Source: an uncultured bacterium (GTDB taxonomy: Bacteria > Fidelibacterota > Marinisomatia > Marinisomatales > AB-629-J13). Taken from it: a DNA stretch of 26,383 bases. A program made the translations under genes and the position numbers. This document shows, piece after piece, positions 1 through 9,145 of this stretch (the first letter of the stretch is position 1; each line of letters starts with the position of its first letter). The stretch covers positions 1-26,383 of the forward strand of contig CAZOUJ010000004.1 in the NCBI GenBank assembly GCA_964582955.1, read 5' to 3'. The notes below the pieces were generated by a model. The model ran no database searches. It saw nothing but the letters and a program-made list of their open reading frames with translations, and was not told the origin of the DNA.

Positions 1-963
1 GGAGGACAATATTTTAATGAAATATATACAGGTGATAGATCAAGTCCTATTTTTAATAATATTGAAACTGTCACATATGGTGCATATATCCCAGAATCTG
101 ATTGTGGTGTAGGTTTTTGGACTGAATATTCTGCTGAGTATAGTTTTTATGCTGATTGTAGTGCTTCTGGATTTGGTATTATTGAATCAGAAAATCCCAT
201 AACGATTTCAAAACCCGTTGTCTTTATTTCAGAAAATGATGTTGAAGATATTAAAAGCTGTAGTGATTATGACTGTTTATTATCTTCCACCTCAATTAAT
301 TTTCAGGAAGATTCTGTATATTTTGGGCGGTATTCTTCAAACCAAAAAATTAGATGGGCCAGCATATTGCCAGATGTAACATTTCAGGTTGTACAGTATT
401 TGTTTGATCGGGCAAATAATGAATACAAATATTATCATGGTCATGCTGGATTTAGTCCTCCAGAATTTCAGTTTAATGATGTTGCGATTAGTGAAGAAAC
501 TATAGTGACTGAATTTTATGATGGAGAAGGAAACGGGGATTGGGATGATGATGAAATTTATGCAGATGAAAATGGAAATGGTCAATGGGATGAAGAGGAA
601 TATTTTATTGATACAGGAGATACTATTCCTGAGGTTGACACATATTATTATGAAATATTTACTTTTTCAGATAGTTATAGAAATTATTATTTCAACGATC
701 AATTATACCTTGATGATCCAGAACGAACAAACCTGCGTGATGAGGAAAGTAATCCTGTAATGGGAGCATTTGGTTCCATGACGTCTGAAAAAATTTATTT
801 CAGAATTATAGATTGCACAATTTATGGACCGTCTGATTGTGAAAGTACAGAGATAACCAAATCAGTATGTGAATGGAATGAAAATATTTCTCTTCAGCCT
901 TGTGTTGATTATGAGGGCCCTATCTGCTTGCCTGTCATTTTTTCAACTGAATTTTGTGAGTAA
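1..963 (+). CDS. 5'-truncated acidic, Cys-rich secreted or lipoprotein-type protein (C-terminal part, loosely DUF4249-like)
   Basis: Frame 1 is open from base 1 (GGQYFNEIYTGDRSSPIF...) through the tracked 367-963 ORF to TAA 961-963, so the true start lies outside the window. Very Asp/Glu-rich with many Cys. The segment YLDDPERTNLRDEESNPVMGAFGS resembles the C-terminus of DUF4249-type lipoproteins (recall only, weak). Confidence 0.75.
   Translation, partial: GGQYFNEIYTGDRSSPIFNNIETVTYGAYIPESDCGVGFWTEYSAEYSFYADCSASGFGIIESENPITISKPVVFISENDVEDIKSCSDYDCLLSSTSINFQEDSVYFGRYSSNQKIRWASILPDVTFQVVQYLFDRANNEYKYYHGHAGFSPPEFQFNDVAISEETIVTEFYDGEGNGDWDDDEIYADENGNGQWDEEEYFIDTGDTIPEVDTYYYEIFTFSDSYRNYYFNDQLYLDDPERTNLRDEESNPVMGAFGSMTSEKIYFRIIDCTIYGPSDCESTEITKSVCEWNENISLQPCVDYEGPICLPVIFSTEFCE
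520..609 (+). repeat. Two tandem 15-aa acidic repeats resembling Dx[DN]xDG calcium-binding loops
   Basis: DGEGNGDWDDDEIYA / DENGNGQWDEEEYFI, read directly from the translation. Confidence 0.65.
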
Positions 964-1043
964 GAGCTATCTTTAATCCTACAAACTTCGAATGTCTAAT
1001 TATCCTCTTATAAAATATTTTTAAATAATTCGACTGGAAAACT

Positions 1044-1076
1044 AAAAAAAACCCCAAATTTACTTTGGGGTTTTTT
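1044..1076. terminator. Bidirectional rho-independent terminator
   Basis: AAAAAACCCCAAA(1046-1058)-TTTAC-TTTGGGGTTTTTT(1064-1076): perfect stem with A and T tracts on either side, between the convergent 1-963 gene and the cold-shock gene. Confidence 0.85.
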
Positions 1077-1136
1077 GGTTGATTAAATGTATGGTGAACC
1101 ACTGGGTATTTCCCAGACAGTTCATTTACTACAAAT

Positions 1137-1349
1137 TTAGAGAGGAACTACTTTAGTTGCTGCGGGTCCTTTCTCGCTTTCGGAAATTTCAAATTCAACA
1201 TTTTGATTTTCCCTTAGTGTTTTATATCCATCCATTTGAATATCATTCATGTGAACGAATAAATCCTGTCCTCCACCTTCGGGGGTTATAAAACCATATC
1301 CCTTGGAATTGTTGAACCATTTTACCGTTCCTGTACTTTTGTCACTCAT
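1137..1349 (-). CDS. cspA: Cold-shock protein (CspA family)
   Basis: GTVKWFN, KGYGFI (RNP1), DLFVH (RNP2), GPAA. Start moved to ATG 1349 (MSDKSTG...), which has AGGA just upstream; 70 aa. Confidence 0.95.
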   Translation of the reverse strand: MSDKSTGTVKWFNNSKGYGFITPEGGGQDLFVHMNDIQMDGYKTLRENQNVEFEISESEKGPAATKVVPL

Positions 1350-1469
1350 TTTGCTTTCCTTTATAAAAAATTGTTGTCGCAATTTATAAATAAATTATTA
1401 AGAATAAGAAAAGATAAATAAATTTGTTTTTTTGGCACCAAATAATATTTTTGTAGAAATAAAATCATT

Positions 1470-2021
1470 TTATTCTTCATCCCAAATTGCATTTAGTATC
1501 CTGTCTTCTAATTTAAATGTAAATCCTCGCATAGAAATCAAATCATTTCTTTCAATATTATATTTCCCCCCAATCTTTATTATTTCTTTTTCTATATCAT
1601 CTTCATTTTTACAGGTCCATAATCTGTGTAGTGATTTTTTTAATTTATTTTCATCTTTTGATTTAATATTATTTTTATTGGATTTTATTTCCTTGGTTTT
1701 AAAAAAATATTCCAAAAACTTATTATCGTAGTCCTCCTGCCATTTTTTAATACCTGCCATAGGTGCCAATGTCCCGCTATCATTCAAAACAACGGTCAAT
1801 TCATTCATACAACAGATAAACGAATAGTCTATTAGAAATTCAAGGGATTGTTTTTTTTGATAATTTGAAAAATTATTGTTCACCCAATCTTCTTCTCCAA
1901 GAATAAATACGATCTTCCGCATTATAGATCGTAACTGTTCCAACATTTTGTAAATTTCTTTATTTATTATTAAGGTCTTTATATGATTTTCGAAATCATC
2001 ATTATTGAATTTGTCTGGCAT
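1470..2021 (-). CDS. Hypothetical protein (183 aa)
   Basis: Long ORF in very AT-rich DNA, ATG preceded by a purine-rich GAGAAG, soluble charged composition; no family recognised. Confidence 0.75.
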   Translation of the reverse strand: MPDKFNNDDFENHIKTLIINKEIYKMLEQLRSIMRKIVFILGEEDWVNNNFSNYQKKQSLEFLIDYSFICCMNELTVVLNDSGTLAPMAGIKKWQEDYDNKFLEYFFKTKEIKSNKNNIKSKDENKLKKSLHRLWTCKNEDDIEKEIIKIGGKYNIERNDLISMRGFTFKLEDRILNAIWDEE

Positions 2022-2183
2022 GGTTCTATCTTCTCAATTCGTTCCGTTAATTAAATATAAAAAATATATAACATTGATATTTATAAAACCAATCTTATTT
2101 ATTTGAATTTCAATCATATTTCTTGTTAAAATATCAATACAAAAGGTTACAAGATTATACCATCTATAACATGAAGAAACACC

Positions 2184-3407
2184 ATGCCAGTTCATAAGGT
2201 CATTAATAGCGGGAAAGTTCCTGTACATATTTACACGGATAATATTGAGTATCAGGCAATGAAGCAGCTGGAAAATGTTTCTAAACTAAATGTTATCCAC
2301 CATCATATAGCTGTGATGCCTGATGTCCATTGGGGATTGGGTGCAACGATAGGTTCTGTGATTCCAACGCTGAAAGCTATTATTCCAGCAGCAGTTGGTG
2401 TAGATATAGGTTGTGGTATGATGGCGTGTCATTTAAATCTGAACGCCAATGACCTCCCTGATAATTTATGGGATATTCGTTCACAGATTGAACAGGCTGT
2501 TCCCCATGGGAGAACAAACAATGGCGGAAGAAATGACAGGGGGGCATGGCAAAACCCACAGGATGATATTCTTGCATTTTGGAAATTATTTGATATAAAC
2601 AAAAAACTGTCAGATGTGATTAATCGGCATCCAAAATTGCTTAGCAAACGCGTCAATACCTATAATCATTTAGGGACATTAGGTACAGGAAATCATTTTA
2701 TAGAAGTTTGTATGGATGAAAAAAATGATATATGGATAATGCTCCATTCCGGTTCTAGAGGAATAGGAAATCGTATCGGCACCTATTTCATCGGTTTAGC
2801 AAAAAAGGAAATTCTTCGATGGAACGTTCATCTACCTGACAAAGATTTAGCCTATATACCAGAAGGATCGAAATATTTCTTTGACTATGTGAAAGCAGTA
2901 CAATGGGCCCAGGAATTTGCCAAAGCCAACCGAAAGTTCATGATGAGAGCTATCTTGAAAACAATGTCTTTAGCGTTAAACAAAAAAATCCATTCAGTGG
3001 AAGAAGCCATCAACTGCCATCACAATTATGTAGAAAAGGAAAACCATTATGGTAAAACCGTCTGGCTAACTCGGAAAGGCGCTATCCGTGCACGGAAAGG
3101 TGAGTTGGGTATTATACCAGGTAGCATGGGGGCAAAAAGTTATATAGTTCGTGGGAAAGGGAATCCCAAATCTTTCCATTCCTGTTCTCACGGTGCCGGA
3201 CGGACCATGAGTCGTAAATTAGCGAAAAAGAAGTTTACACTTCAAGATATGAGAAAACAAACTGCAGGTGTGGAATGTCGCAAAGACAAGGATGTGATTG
3301 ATGAAATCCCGGGAGCATACAAAAATATTGATGTAGTTATGGATAACCAGAGTGACTTAGTTGAAATTATTCATACCTTAAAACAGGTAGTGTGTGTGAA
3401 GGGTTAG
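2184..3407 (+). CDS. rtcB: RNA-splicing/repair ligase RtcB (3'-phosphate/5'-OH ligase)
   Basis: Motifs MPDVHWG, GVDIGCG, GTLGTGNHFIE, MLHSGSRG, NCHHNY, IIPGSMG, SCSHGAGR, DEIPGAYK; 407 aa, typical bacterial length. Confidence 0.97.
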   Translation: MPVHKVINSGKVPVHIYTDNIEYQAMKQLENVSKLNVIHHHIAVMPDVHWGLGATIGSVIPTLKAIIPAAVGVDIGCGMMACHLNLNANDLPDNLWDIRSQIEQAVPHGRTNNGGRNDRGAWQNPQDDILAFWKLFDINKKLSDVINRHPKLLSKRVNTYNHLGTLGTGNHFIEVCMDEKNDIWIMLHSGSRGIGNRIGTYFIGLAKKEILRWNVHLPDKDLAYIPEGSKYFFDYVKAVQWAQEFAKANRKFMMRAILKTMSLALNKKIHSVEEAINCHHNYVEKENHYGKTVWLTRKGAIRARKGELGIIPGSMGAKSYIVRGKGNPKSFHSCSHGAGRTMSRKLAKKKFTLQDMRKQTAGVECRKDKDVIDEIPGAYKNIDVVMDNQSDLVEIIHTLKQVVCVKG

Positions 3408-3434
3408 AGATCAGTAGGCTGAAAAATGAGATTT

Positions 3435-4346
3435 TTAGGTAACCGAATCTCTGACTTTTTTTAACAGATCCAATGTCAGGCGGATGCCTTCCATCTCGGT
3501 ATGGTTGCTACCCTCATACTCGATTCCCACATAACCATTATAACCTGAATCTAATACAATTTCCATCATTTTATGGAAATCCGTCCCGGTTTCATATCCG
3601 TCTACATCAAATTCATGACTTTTAGCACTGACAGCCTTGGCATATGGTAAGAGCTCCCGAACTCCCTGATATCGATCGTACCATTGGTCCCCTTCAATTC
3701 TGAAATTACCGAAGTCAGGCAGCGTGCCAACCCGTGGGTGATCCACTCTTTTCATCACTGCTGACAACCATTTCCCATTGGATGATAAACCTCCGTGGTT
3801 CTCTACGATTGTGTTGATTCCGATGGAATCACCAAATTCTGTTAGTCGTCTTAAACCATCCGCTGCTAAATCAATTTGATTAGTATATGAACCTTCGCTT
3901 CGGGCATTTACACGGATGGAATGGCACCCCAAAAACTTTGCTGCTTCGGCCCATTTATAATGATTTTCAACTGCTTGGATCCTTTTTGCCGTGTCAGGAT
4001 CACCCAGATTACCCTCATTGTCACACATGATTAACAGACTTTTTACATTATGGTGGTCTGCCTGTGTATTCATTTCTCTAAGATATCTGGAATTCTCTGC
4101 TTTGTCAAAAAAGAAGGTGTTTACATATTCAACAGCAGAAATCCCAAATTTATTATTTGTGATTGAACAAAAATCAAGATGGTCTATTTCTCCATTTTGT
4201 ATTGCACGGTGAAGCGACCATTCTGCTAAGGAAATTTTAAAAGATGTAGACTGTTTACATCCCGATAAAATTGTACTCCCTAAGCCGGTTAAAGCCAATC
4301 CGCTGGGAATTACAACGCTATGTTTAAGAAAATCACGACGATTCAA
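3435..4346 (-). CDS. Tat-exported sugar phosphate isomerase/epimerase-family TIM barrel (probable 3-keto-glycoside lyase)
   Basis: [34 protein letters not shown] motifs. Likely start is TTG 4346 (NRRDFLK twin-arginine signal), 1 nt after the upstream stop; the tracked ORF extends too far 5'. Confidence 0.85.
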   Translation of the reverse strand: MNRRDFLKHSVVIPSGLALTGLGSTILSGCKQSTSFKISLAEWSLHRAIQNGEIDHLDFCSITNNKFGISAVEYVNTFFFDKAENSRYLREMNTQADHHNVKSLLIMCDNEGNLGDPDTAKRIQAVENHYKWAEAAKFLGCHSIRVNARSEGSYTNQIDLAADGLRRLTEFGDSIGINTIVENHGGLSSNGKWLSAVMKRVDHPRVGTLPDFGNFRIEGDQWYDRYQGVRELLPYAKAVSAKSHEFDVDGYETGTDFHKMMEIVLDSGYNGYVGIEYEGSNHTEMEGIRLTLDLLKKVRDSVT

Positions 4347-4347
4347 A

Positions 4348-4998
4348 TCAGAGTTTCCGTATGCGTATATTACGATACCATATCTCTCCATGATCACCCT
4401 GGAGCCCAATCCTGCCTTCTTTAGCCTTCGCAAAAAGGGGCATGTTTTTGAATTTGCTTTTAGCGATTAATTCCTTCATGTGGTCACTTTGGTATATGTA
4501 TTCAACAACCTTTGTACCATTCAGCCAATGCTCAACATAATTATCTTTCACCTTTATACGAACCTTATTGAACTCCCCTACGGGGTTTACTACACTTTCA
4601 GAAGCTGCAATAAGATCATAGAGAGATCCTGCTGAAGTCAACGTGCTTTTTCCTTCGGTGTGAGTACTATCGTCAAGGATCTGCATTTCAGGGGCAGATT
4701 GCCAGATGTAGTCACCATCTTCGGTTGCGAAATAAAAAATGCCACTGTTACCACTGACCGGGACTCTCCATTCAAGTTCAAGTTCAAAATTCTTGTAGAC
4801 ATCTTCACTTATAAGATCAACACCATGCCCGGGAATAGTTTTTAAATTACCATCAACTATTGTCCAATCCTCGGTTGGAAATCCTGTTTGGTTATATCCT
4901 TTTAACCCATTGACTTTCATACCATCAAACAGTACAATCCATTCGGAGCTTGAAGAACATCCAAAAAGTAACATTAGAAGTAAATTGATCTTTTTCAT
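4348..4998 (-). CDS. DUF1080 (3-keto-disaccharide hydrolase/hydratase family) lipoprotein
   Basis: [44 protein letters not shown]...YRNIRIR. Start ATG 4998 with GGAG RBS; [14 protein letters not shown] lipobox-like signal. Confidence 0.9.
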   Translation of the reverse strand: MKKINLLLMLLFGCSSSSEWIVLFDGMKVNGLKGYNQTGFPTEDWTIVDGNLKTIPGHGVDLISEDVYKNFELELEWRVPVSGNSGIFYFATEDGDYIWQSAPEMQILDDSTHTEGKSTLTSAGSLYDLIAASESVVNPVGEFNKVRIKVKDNYVEHWLNGTKVVEYIYQSDHMKELIAKSKFKNMPLFAKAKEGRIGLQGDHGEIWYRNIRIRKL

Positions 4999-4999
4999 T

Positions 5000-6250
5000 T
5001 TAACTCCCAGTTGGGTTCCACTTACCCCGGGCAACAGCAGGGATGAAAGATTCAATATCCCGGTTTGGCAGTTGAATCGTCTTGCATTGCTCTGCGCTCA
5101 TATAGGCTGCCATGAGCAATCTTGTGACATCTAGTCCATCATCAAAATTTTCTTGTGGGCGTTTCCCTGCTAAAAACGACTCCACCATATGACGGTTTTC
5201 TGCTGTATAACCATAGACGTCAGTTTCGCTACTGACCACTGGCATTACTCCTGATTCAGCATTCTGCTTTTCTACTAAATCTTCCCCTGAGCTACCAGAC
5301 ACATTGCGGGAAAAAAATACTTTCAAATCTGAATCTAAGGTATTTACAAACATGGAATATTCGGGGCCGAACAACTCCAAACTTAGGCGGAGACCTGCTC
5401 CTACAAAACACCAGGAAGTTGTTGTTTCCACAACCAGTCTATTCCCATTATCATCTGCATACTCCACCAGTGAACGGGCGAAATCTTCAGATGGCTTTTT
5501 AAGATAGTCTGTTTTACCACCGCTGTTTTTAGATAGTATATTTGCATATTTTGGTTGTTGCCATTTTAGTCATGCAGTGTACGCATTTATGCTGAGGGGC
5601 GGCAGGGAGTCCCTGTGCTTTCCAGGTTCTGTCAACATAAAGCGTGCCTCTTCAACCGAGTGGCACATCATATCGTTGAGGACTCCGCCGCCTTGGAGCT
5701 CACCTTCCCAAAACCATGGCATGTGTGGCCCGCTGTGTTCCTCTGCCGCACGAGCCAGATAGGGTCTTCCGGTAGTGGCAGCGCCCCGAGCCCAGATAAT
5801 TTCTTTGCCTCGGGTAACTGAAGGTGCAAAAACCTGATTTTCTAAATAGCCATCCAACAGTCCAGCCTTTTGTGTTAGTTCTAAAACTTTTTTTGCTTCA
5901 ACCACATTACGGCCAAGGGGTTTTTCACATGTAACACCTATAAGTTTTCCTTTACCAGAAATAACAGCCTCAGAGATTTCTTCAAAAGTTTCTATACGTG
6001 TGAAATTTGGAGAGCAGACCCAGAGAGCATCTATTCTCGGATCAGCCACCATATCGGTAATACCATCGTATGCATTTGCATCGCCAACTCCTGCAGTTCT
6101 AGCAAGTTCGGCAGATTCTTCTGCTGATTTTCGTGTGCGAGACATAACACCCACAACATCACAATCCCTGACACCAATCAAAGATTGAATATGGAAACGG
6201 GTGATGAACCCACCACCGATAAACCCTATCCCCAAACGTTTCTTACTCAT
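5000..6250 (-). pseudogene. Gfo/Idh/MocA oxidoreductase interrupted by one in-frame TGA at 5570-5572 (nonsense allele, readthrough/recoding, or sequence error)
   Basis: Tracked ORFs 5570-6253 and 5000-5467 share a frame. The bridge reads ...NAYTA-TGA-LKWQQPKYANILSKNSGGKTDYLKKPSEDFARSLVEYADD... with no other stop. GIGFIGGG Rossmann motif, CEKPLG, GGGVLNDMMCH. ATG 6250 overlaps the MFS stop. Confidence 0.8.
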
Positions 6251-7515
6251 CAAGATTTGGTATCATCTTCGAGCTGGTTGGAAAAAAGAAAGAAAAAGAG
6301 CAGTCCTGTAACCAGGCCAATGGCGGAAAGAGTATACCAGAATCCAGAATAATCAAATATACCAGATGTAGTATAAATTTCCTGCAGATTCCATGAGAGC
6401 CATCCACCAATAACGGGTCCAACACCCAGAATGATAATACCAAAAACAGTTTGTGCTGAATGGCGTACGTCCTCATCAGCAATCTTATCTACATAGATGT
6501 ATGCTGCGGCAAAAAAGAAAGCATAGCAGAATCCGTGAAATGCTTGGCTAAGAACCATGACCCAGACTGGCAGAATGACAGTTCCAAAAATAGCATAACG
6601 TGCAAAATAGGCAAGAACACCGATAAAGATCACTTTTTTAAACCCTAGACGTTTCAAAAAATATCCCAGATATGCCATTGTTACGATTTCCGCAAATTGA
6701 CCGATGGTCATAGCGGGACCGATCTGGCTGTCCTTAATCCCAATATGGGAAAGGAAAGGTCCTGTTTGAAGAAAATAAATTTGGTGGATAATGCTTACTG
6801 CAAGACTGGCAAACACTAAGACAGTAAATGACGAAAAATTAAATAATTCAAATGCTTTCTTGAACGCAAGTTTTTCCACTGCATTCTGTTTAGGAGGTGT
6901 ATGAGGAAGCAGAAAGCAGAAGATTCCATATGCCATGGAAATGATTCCTGAAAATTTAAGTGCATCAGCTAGGCGTGAGGTAACATCAGGAACTTCCGAT
7001 CCAGATATAAAAGGAGGCATCAAATTAAATGATAGATTCTGCTGGAGCCAGATCATTGGGAAAACCCAACTTGCAGCAATCCATCCGATGGTACCCCATA
7101 CCCTGATTTTGGGAAAACTTATTTCTCTGTTTTCAATATGGGCAAATGTTATGGAATTTGATAGAGCCAATGTTGGCATGTATAGAATACTGTATAAAAT
7201 AGAAAGATATAACCAAGCACTGTAGCTGGTCTGATATGAAGTATACCATTTAACCAATCCACCAGTGAAAACCAGAAATGCCAGGATACGTTCCGTACTA
7301 AAATAGCGATCAGCAAACTGACCTGCAATAAAGGGTGCTGCTACTGCTCCGATGGAACCGGCCAACCCAAGGATCATTCCAATCTGTGAACCGCTGAATC
7401 CAAGGCCTCCCTCACTGACAGTAGCAGAAAGATAGCGGGCTGTCACAGGGAGCCAGGCTCCCCACAGTGCATATTGGAGGAACATCATGGATCCTAGACG
7501 AAAGTTTTTAGTCAT
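6250..7515 (-). CDS. MFS transporter, nucleoside:H+ symporter (NupG/XapB-like) family
   Basis: About 12 hydrophobic segments; FLQYALWGAW, GQFADRYF, FPKIRVWGTIGW, MTIGQFAEI, QAFHGFCY motifs. Confidence 0.9.
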   Translation of the reverse strand: MTKNFRLGSMMFLQYALWGAWLPVTARYLSATVSEGGLGFSGSQIGMILGLAGSIGAVAAPFIAGQFADRYFSTERILAFLVFTGGLVKWYTSYQTSYSAWLYLSILYSILYMPTLALSNSITFAHIENREISFPKIRVWGTIGWIAASWVFPMIWLQQNLSFNLMPPFISGSEVPDVTSRLADALKFSGIISMAYGIFCFLLPHTPPKQNAVEKLAFKKAFELFNFSSFTVLVFASLAVSIIHQIYFLQTGPFLSHIGIKDSQIGPAMTIGQFAEIVTMAYLGYFLKRLGFKKVIFIGVLAYFARYAIFGTVILPVWVMVLSQAFHGFCYAFFFAAAYIYVDKIADEDVRHSAQTVFGIIILGVGPVIGGWLSWNLQEIYTTSGIFDYSGFWYTLSAIGLVTGLLFFFLFSNQLEDDTKS

Positions 7516-7537
7516 ATATTTCTTTGATATTAATAGA

Positions 7538-9133
7538 TTAAATCAATTTTTTATTTACTGGATCCCATTCCATTCGACGCCCTTTTAGATAAGACTCTGT
7601 CGCCATATGACAGGCGACTGCTTCATGGAGTGCTACTTCTATATTGCATTTTGGTTGACCACCATTACGGATTGCATCAAGCCAATCTTTAACATGAAGA
7701 TGAGTGGTATCAACTCGCTTCCCTTCACGGTAGGTATAAAGAAGCCCTTTATTTGCGAAATAACGAGATGTTGCTGATGTAACACCATCAATTTGTTTGG
7801 ACCCAGGTGAGTATGTATAAATGGGATACTGCTGATTAATGATACCGCTTTCAAGACGGTCTTTATACTGGGTTGATTCGGGATCTGCTTTTACTACAAA
7901 TCCATGGACAGATCCACCACCACTTTGGCCACCCATCTGCATGGTGGCATCGTGACCCATAATTCGATTACCACGAGGATCGTTACTTGAAAGTGTTGCG
8001 CTGTAAAGAACTGTCAGATCTTTATCCGGATATTCAAAGGTTGCATTCCAGACATCCGGGACATCCCGTCCATCTTTGTAAAAATAAATCCCTCCTGATG
8101 AAGATGCATATTTTGGAATACCCAAATCCATGATCTGATTTATGGCATCAAAATCATGAGATAATAGATCACCAGAAAGACCAGTGCCATAGTCGAACCA
8201 GCACCGCCAACGGAAAAAACGCTTCAGTGCTTCCTCTCCAAATGGTATTTTGTTTGGAGATGGTTCTTGGAAGGTATCCCAATCAATGGTTTTAGCATTA
8301 CCATCGGGATGAATACTCCATACCCATGCTCCCCATGGAGAATTACGGTTTGTGGATAGTTCAACCAAATTTATTTTGCCTAATAAGCCCTGCTCAATGA
8401 TTTGTTTTGCTTTATAGTTTGCTTCTACCTGACGGTTCTGATGTCCAAGCTGGAAAGTAATACCTGTACTTTTTACAGTATTGTATACATTAATAGCTTC
8501 ATCAAATGTACGGGTGAGACCTTTTTCACAGTAAACGTGTTTTCCTTCTCTAGCAGCAGCAAGGGTAATTTGAGAGTGCCAGTGATCTGGCGTGGCAACA
8601 ATGACCGCATCAATGTCCTTATTCGCTAATAAGTCTGTGTAGTGTCGATATCGGGTAGCATTGGCTGTTGGCTTTCCTCCTGGGCGAACTTCATTTTTTG
8701 AAGCATCTATGCCTTGTTCAGCCCGAACATCAAACAGATCACAGACTCCAATCAGAGAACAGTTCAAATCTTCTTGACTCATAAATGTTTCAAACCGTTT
8801 GTCCAATTTATTGTTACGGGCATTTTCTGATACAATATCTGTCCAGCTTTTTGTGGCAAAACCTGCACCTCGTACCAGATGTGATCCACGACCGCCATAT
8901 CCAATGATCCCTATATTTAAGTGTTGGCTGTCAGACAGTCCTCTGATAAGTGACGGAGCTGATTTTTCTTGAACAAGATCAGATAAAAGATTTGCTTTTT
9001 TCAACGTATCCCTGCGAATCTTTCGCCAAAGATTAACAAGGAACAAGCCGAATATAGGTACAGTTGCCAGCCCCTTTAGTATTTCCCTGCGTTTCATATC
9101 TGTTCCGTTTTCTATATTTGTATCATTACTCAT
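7538..9133 (-). CDS. Gfo/Idh/MocA oxidoreductase with N-terminal twin-arginine-like or membrane-anchor segment
   Basis: IGIIGYGGRG, VIVATPDHWH, HVYCEKG, FQLGHQ, DLLSHDFD; N-terminus KRREILKGLATVPIFGLFLVNLWRK; GGAG/AGGA RBS upstream. Confidence 0.9.
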   Translation of the reverse strand: MSNDTNIENGTDMKRREILKGLATVPIFGLFLVNLWRKIRRDTLKKANLLSDLVQEKSAPSLIRGLSDSQHLNIGIIGYGGRGSHLVRGAGFATKSWTDIVSENARNNKLDKRFETFMSQEDLNCSLIGVCDLFDVRAEQGIDASKNEVRPGGKPTANATRYRHYTDLLANKDIDAVIVATPDHWHSQITLAAAREGKHVYCEKGLTRTFDEAINVYNTVKSTGITFQLGHQNRQVEANYKAKQIIEQGLLGKINLVELSTNRNSPWGAWVWSIHPDGNAKTIDWDTFQEPSPNKIPFGEEALKRFFRWRCWFDYGTGLSGDLLSHDFDAINQIMDLGIPKYASSSGGIYFYKDGRDVPDVWNATFEYPDKDLTVLYSATLSSNDPRGNRIMGHDATMQMGGQSGGGSVHGFVVKADPESTQYKDRLESGIINQQYPIYTYSPGSKQIDGVTSATSRYFANKGLLYTYREGKRVDTTHLHVKDWLDAIRNGGQPKCNIEVALHEAVACHMATESYLKGRRMEWDPVNKKLI

Positions 9134-9145
9134 TCCTTATCTCCA

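Noticed and set aside
1432-1731. 99-aa + ORF opposite the 183-aa hypothetical gene
   Set aside because: Ile/Phe/Ser-rich antisense shadow with a TTG start and no RBS.
4347-4433. N-terminal extension of the tracked 332-aa isomerase ORF ([10 protein letters not shown]...)
   Set aside because: It overlaps the DUF1080 gene; the Tat motif and spacing indicate the start at TTG 4346.
4999-5055. N-terminal extension of the tracked DUF1080 ORF
   Set aside because: It overlaps the oxidoreductase C-terminus; ATG 4998 has the RBS and the lipoprotein signal.
5500-5572. Bacterial SECIS element downstream of the in-frame UGA
   Set aside because: Only a 4-bp AU stem (AUAU-GCAA-AUAU) and a 3-bp UGG/CCA pairing are visible; too weak to call.
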